Of a stretch of DNA of 64,000 nucleotides, positions 62,725-64,000 are shown piece after piece. The notes beneath the pieces are model-generated. The model saw nothing but the letters and a program-made list of their open reading frames with translations, ran no database searches and had not been told where the DNA came from. Within the stretch, counting starts at the first letter, position 1, and every line of letters starts with the position of its first letter. The DNA lies in NCBI GenBank assembly GCA_038214255.1, contig JBBQRZ010000011.1:12254-76253 (forward strand). The letters run 5' to 3'. This stretch comes from Candidatus Limnocylindrales bacterium. GTDB lineage: Bacteria; Chloroflexota; Limnocylindria; Limnocylindrales; CSP1-4. The position numbers were made by a program, and so were the translations under genes.

Positions 62725-63665
62725 CAGGCGGCGTCCTCGGCGGCGAGCGTGGCGTGATCGCCGGCCGGGCGACCGACGTGCTCGATGAACAGGGCCTCGA
62801 GCGACGGCTCCGTCACCTCGAAGCGGGTGACGTTGGCGCCGCGGGCGAGCGCGGCGGCGAGGACCGCGCCTGGGTCGCCGCCGGGGCCGAGCTCGAGCTC
62901 GGCGAAGCCGGCGCCGGGACGCGCGGCCGCGACGCCCGGCAGCAGCGACAGCCAGGGCGGCAGCGTCTCCCCCTCGAGCCCGAGCCGAACCGTCCGGCTG
63001 CGGCTCGCGCGCTTCATGTCGGCCACTGAGCCGCCGGCGACGATCCGCCCGCGGTCGACGATCGCGACCGATTCGCACAGCGCCTCGGCCGCCTCCATCT
63101 GGTGCGTGGAGAACAGAACGGTGCGGCCCTGGTCGCGCAACTCGACGAACGCCTCCCGCAGCAGCGCGAGGTTGACCGGATCGAGCCCGGTGAACGGCTC
63201 GTCCATGAACAGGACCTCCGGCCCGTGGAGGATCGCCGCGATGAACTGGACCTTCTGCTGGTTGCCCTTCGAGAGCTCCTCGGCCCGCCGGTCGGCGTAA
63301 TCCGGGATCCGGAAACGGGCCAGCCAGTGCTCGGCGGCGCGCCGGGCTCGATCGGCCGGCTCGCCGTAGAGCGATGCGAAGTACACGAGCTGGTCGAGCA
63401 CGGTCATCCGCGGATACAGCCCGCGTTCCTCGGGCAGATAGCCCCAGGTTCGGCGTGGCAGGTCGGATGTCGGTGAGCCGTCCCAGCGCACCTCGCCCGA
63501 GTCGGCATGGAGGATGCCGAGGCAGATCCGCATCGTCGTGGTCTTGCCGGCACCGTTGGCGCCGAGGAAGCCGAAGATCTGCCCGCGCGGGACACTCAGG
63601 GTGAGGTCGTCAAGCGCAATGGTCGTCGCGAACCGTTTCGTGACGTGATTGATCTCGAGGGTCAC
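62724..63665 (-). CDS. ABC transporter ATP-binding protein (NatA-like)
   Basis: The GTG at 63663-63665 is the likely start. Walker A is GANGAGKTT, the signature is LSKGNQQKVQFIAAIL and Walker B is VLFMDEPFTGLD. Confidence 0.85.
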   Translation of the reverse strand: MTLEINHVTKRFATTIALDDLTLSVPRGQIFGFLGANGAGKTTTMRICLGILHADSGEVRWDGSPTSDLPRRTWGYLPEERGLYPRMTVLDQLVYFASLYGEPADRARRAAEHWLARFRIPDYADRRAEELSKGNQQKVQFIAAILHGPEVLFMDEPFTGLDPVNLALLREAFVELRDQGRTVLFSTHQMEAAEALCESVAIVDRGRIVAGGSVADMKRASRSRTVRLGLEGETLPPWLSLLPGVAAARPGAGFAELELGPGGDPGAVLAAALARGANVTRFEVTEPSLEALFIEHVGRPAGDHATLAAEDAA

Positions 63666-63752
63666 GCTCGCGAGGATAGCCCGCGCCGGGTCGCGCCGCC
63701 GCTGGCCCGATGGTCCGGCTTCGTTCGGCGGCCCCCGTGCGACAATCGTGCG

Positions 63753-64000
63753 GTGACCCAGGCCGCCACCCCATCGACGACGCCCGCCACGATCCACGCC
63801 GACCGCGGGGCCCGCACGCTCTCGATCGGGTGGTCCGATGGACATGCGACGACCTACGACCTCACGGTCCTGCGCTGGCTCTGCCCCTGCGCCTACTGCC
63901 GTGGGGAGGCCGGGATGCCGGGCTGGCTCGACAGCGCCCCGATGCTCACCCTCGAACAGACCCAGCTCGAGGACATGCACCTCGTCGGCAATTACGCGCT
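63753..64000 (+). CDS. DUF971 (gamma-butyrobetaine hydroxylase-like N-terminal domain) protein, 5' part; runs off the right window edge
   Basis: My own translation from the GTG at 63753 gives VTQAATPSTTPATIHADRGARTLSIGWSDGHATTYDLTVLRWLCPCAYCRGE. It is absent from the ORF track because there is no stop in the window. Confidence 0.6.
   Translation, partial: MTQAATPSTTPATIHADRGARTLSIGWSDGHATTYDLTVLRWLCPCAYCRGEAGMPGWLDSAPMLTLEQTQLEDMHLVGNYA

Overview
Very GC-rich window (about 70% by eye, not computed), densely packed and chromosomal in character. It looks like a high-GC Actinomycetota- or Chloroflexota-like genome. I support about 62 protein-coding genes and found no rRNA, tRNA, CRISPR array, transposase or integrase. 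Many real genes share start/stop overlaps (ATGA or GTGA). Many long ORFs in the track are Arg/Pro/Gly-rich antisense shadows of real genes, and I rejected them.

Gene blocks from left to right:
- aceE (partial, running off the left edge)
- an orphan OmpR-type response regulator
- pncA, a FEN-type 5'-3' exonuclease, and an mtnP / LLM oxidoreductase / IMPase operon
- an EAL phosphodiesterase
- an F420 late-biosynthesis cassette (PPOX, cofD, cofC, cofE, LLM)
- trxB, an ABC exporter, and argC-argJ-argB-argR-argG with ARG boxes
- a GAF histidine kinase
- a mixed deoR-galT-argH-add string
- a galactoside locus: ABC uptake system, GH36 alpha-galactosidase, GH2 beta-galactosidase and an MFS transporter
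- two ABC-2 exporters and a convergent pair of EamA transporters
- an aldehyde dehydrogenase pair and a MepA-like peptidoglycan endopeptidase
- a five-gene methyltransferase / FAD-oxidoreductase / NUDIX / SRPBCC / ketosynthase operon next to MerR-MFS
- a class III cyclase, deoC, an S9 peptidase and a ligase-like protein

Most interesting leads:
1. Two paralogous intergenic elements of about 100-120 nt (19072-19170 and 25302-25423). The second sits in a 304-nt gap that also holds a 73-nt near-perfect hairpin. Together they are a candidate unannotated RNA or repeat family.
2. The translationally coupled MT-FAD-NUDIX-SRPBCC-KS operon has no ACP, chain-length factor or acyltransferase gene nearby.
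3. An ATP-dependent DNA-ligase adenylation-domain homologue has lost its motif I lysine (EPWWGG in place of the ExKxDG context) and has no OB domain.
4. A full-length aldehyde dehydrogenase is coupled to a paralogue that lacks the catalytic domain.
5. One 22-bp palindromic operator lies in front of two otherwise unrelated transporter units.

Every functional call rests on my reading of the translated sequences and on remembered family motifs. No database search was run.
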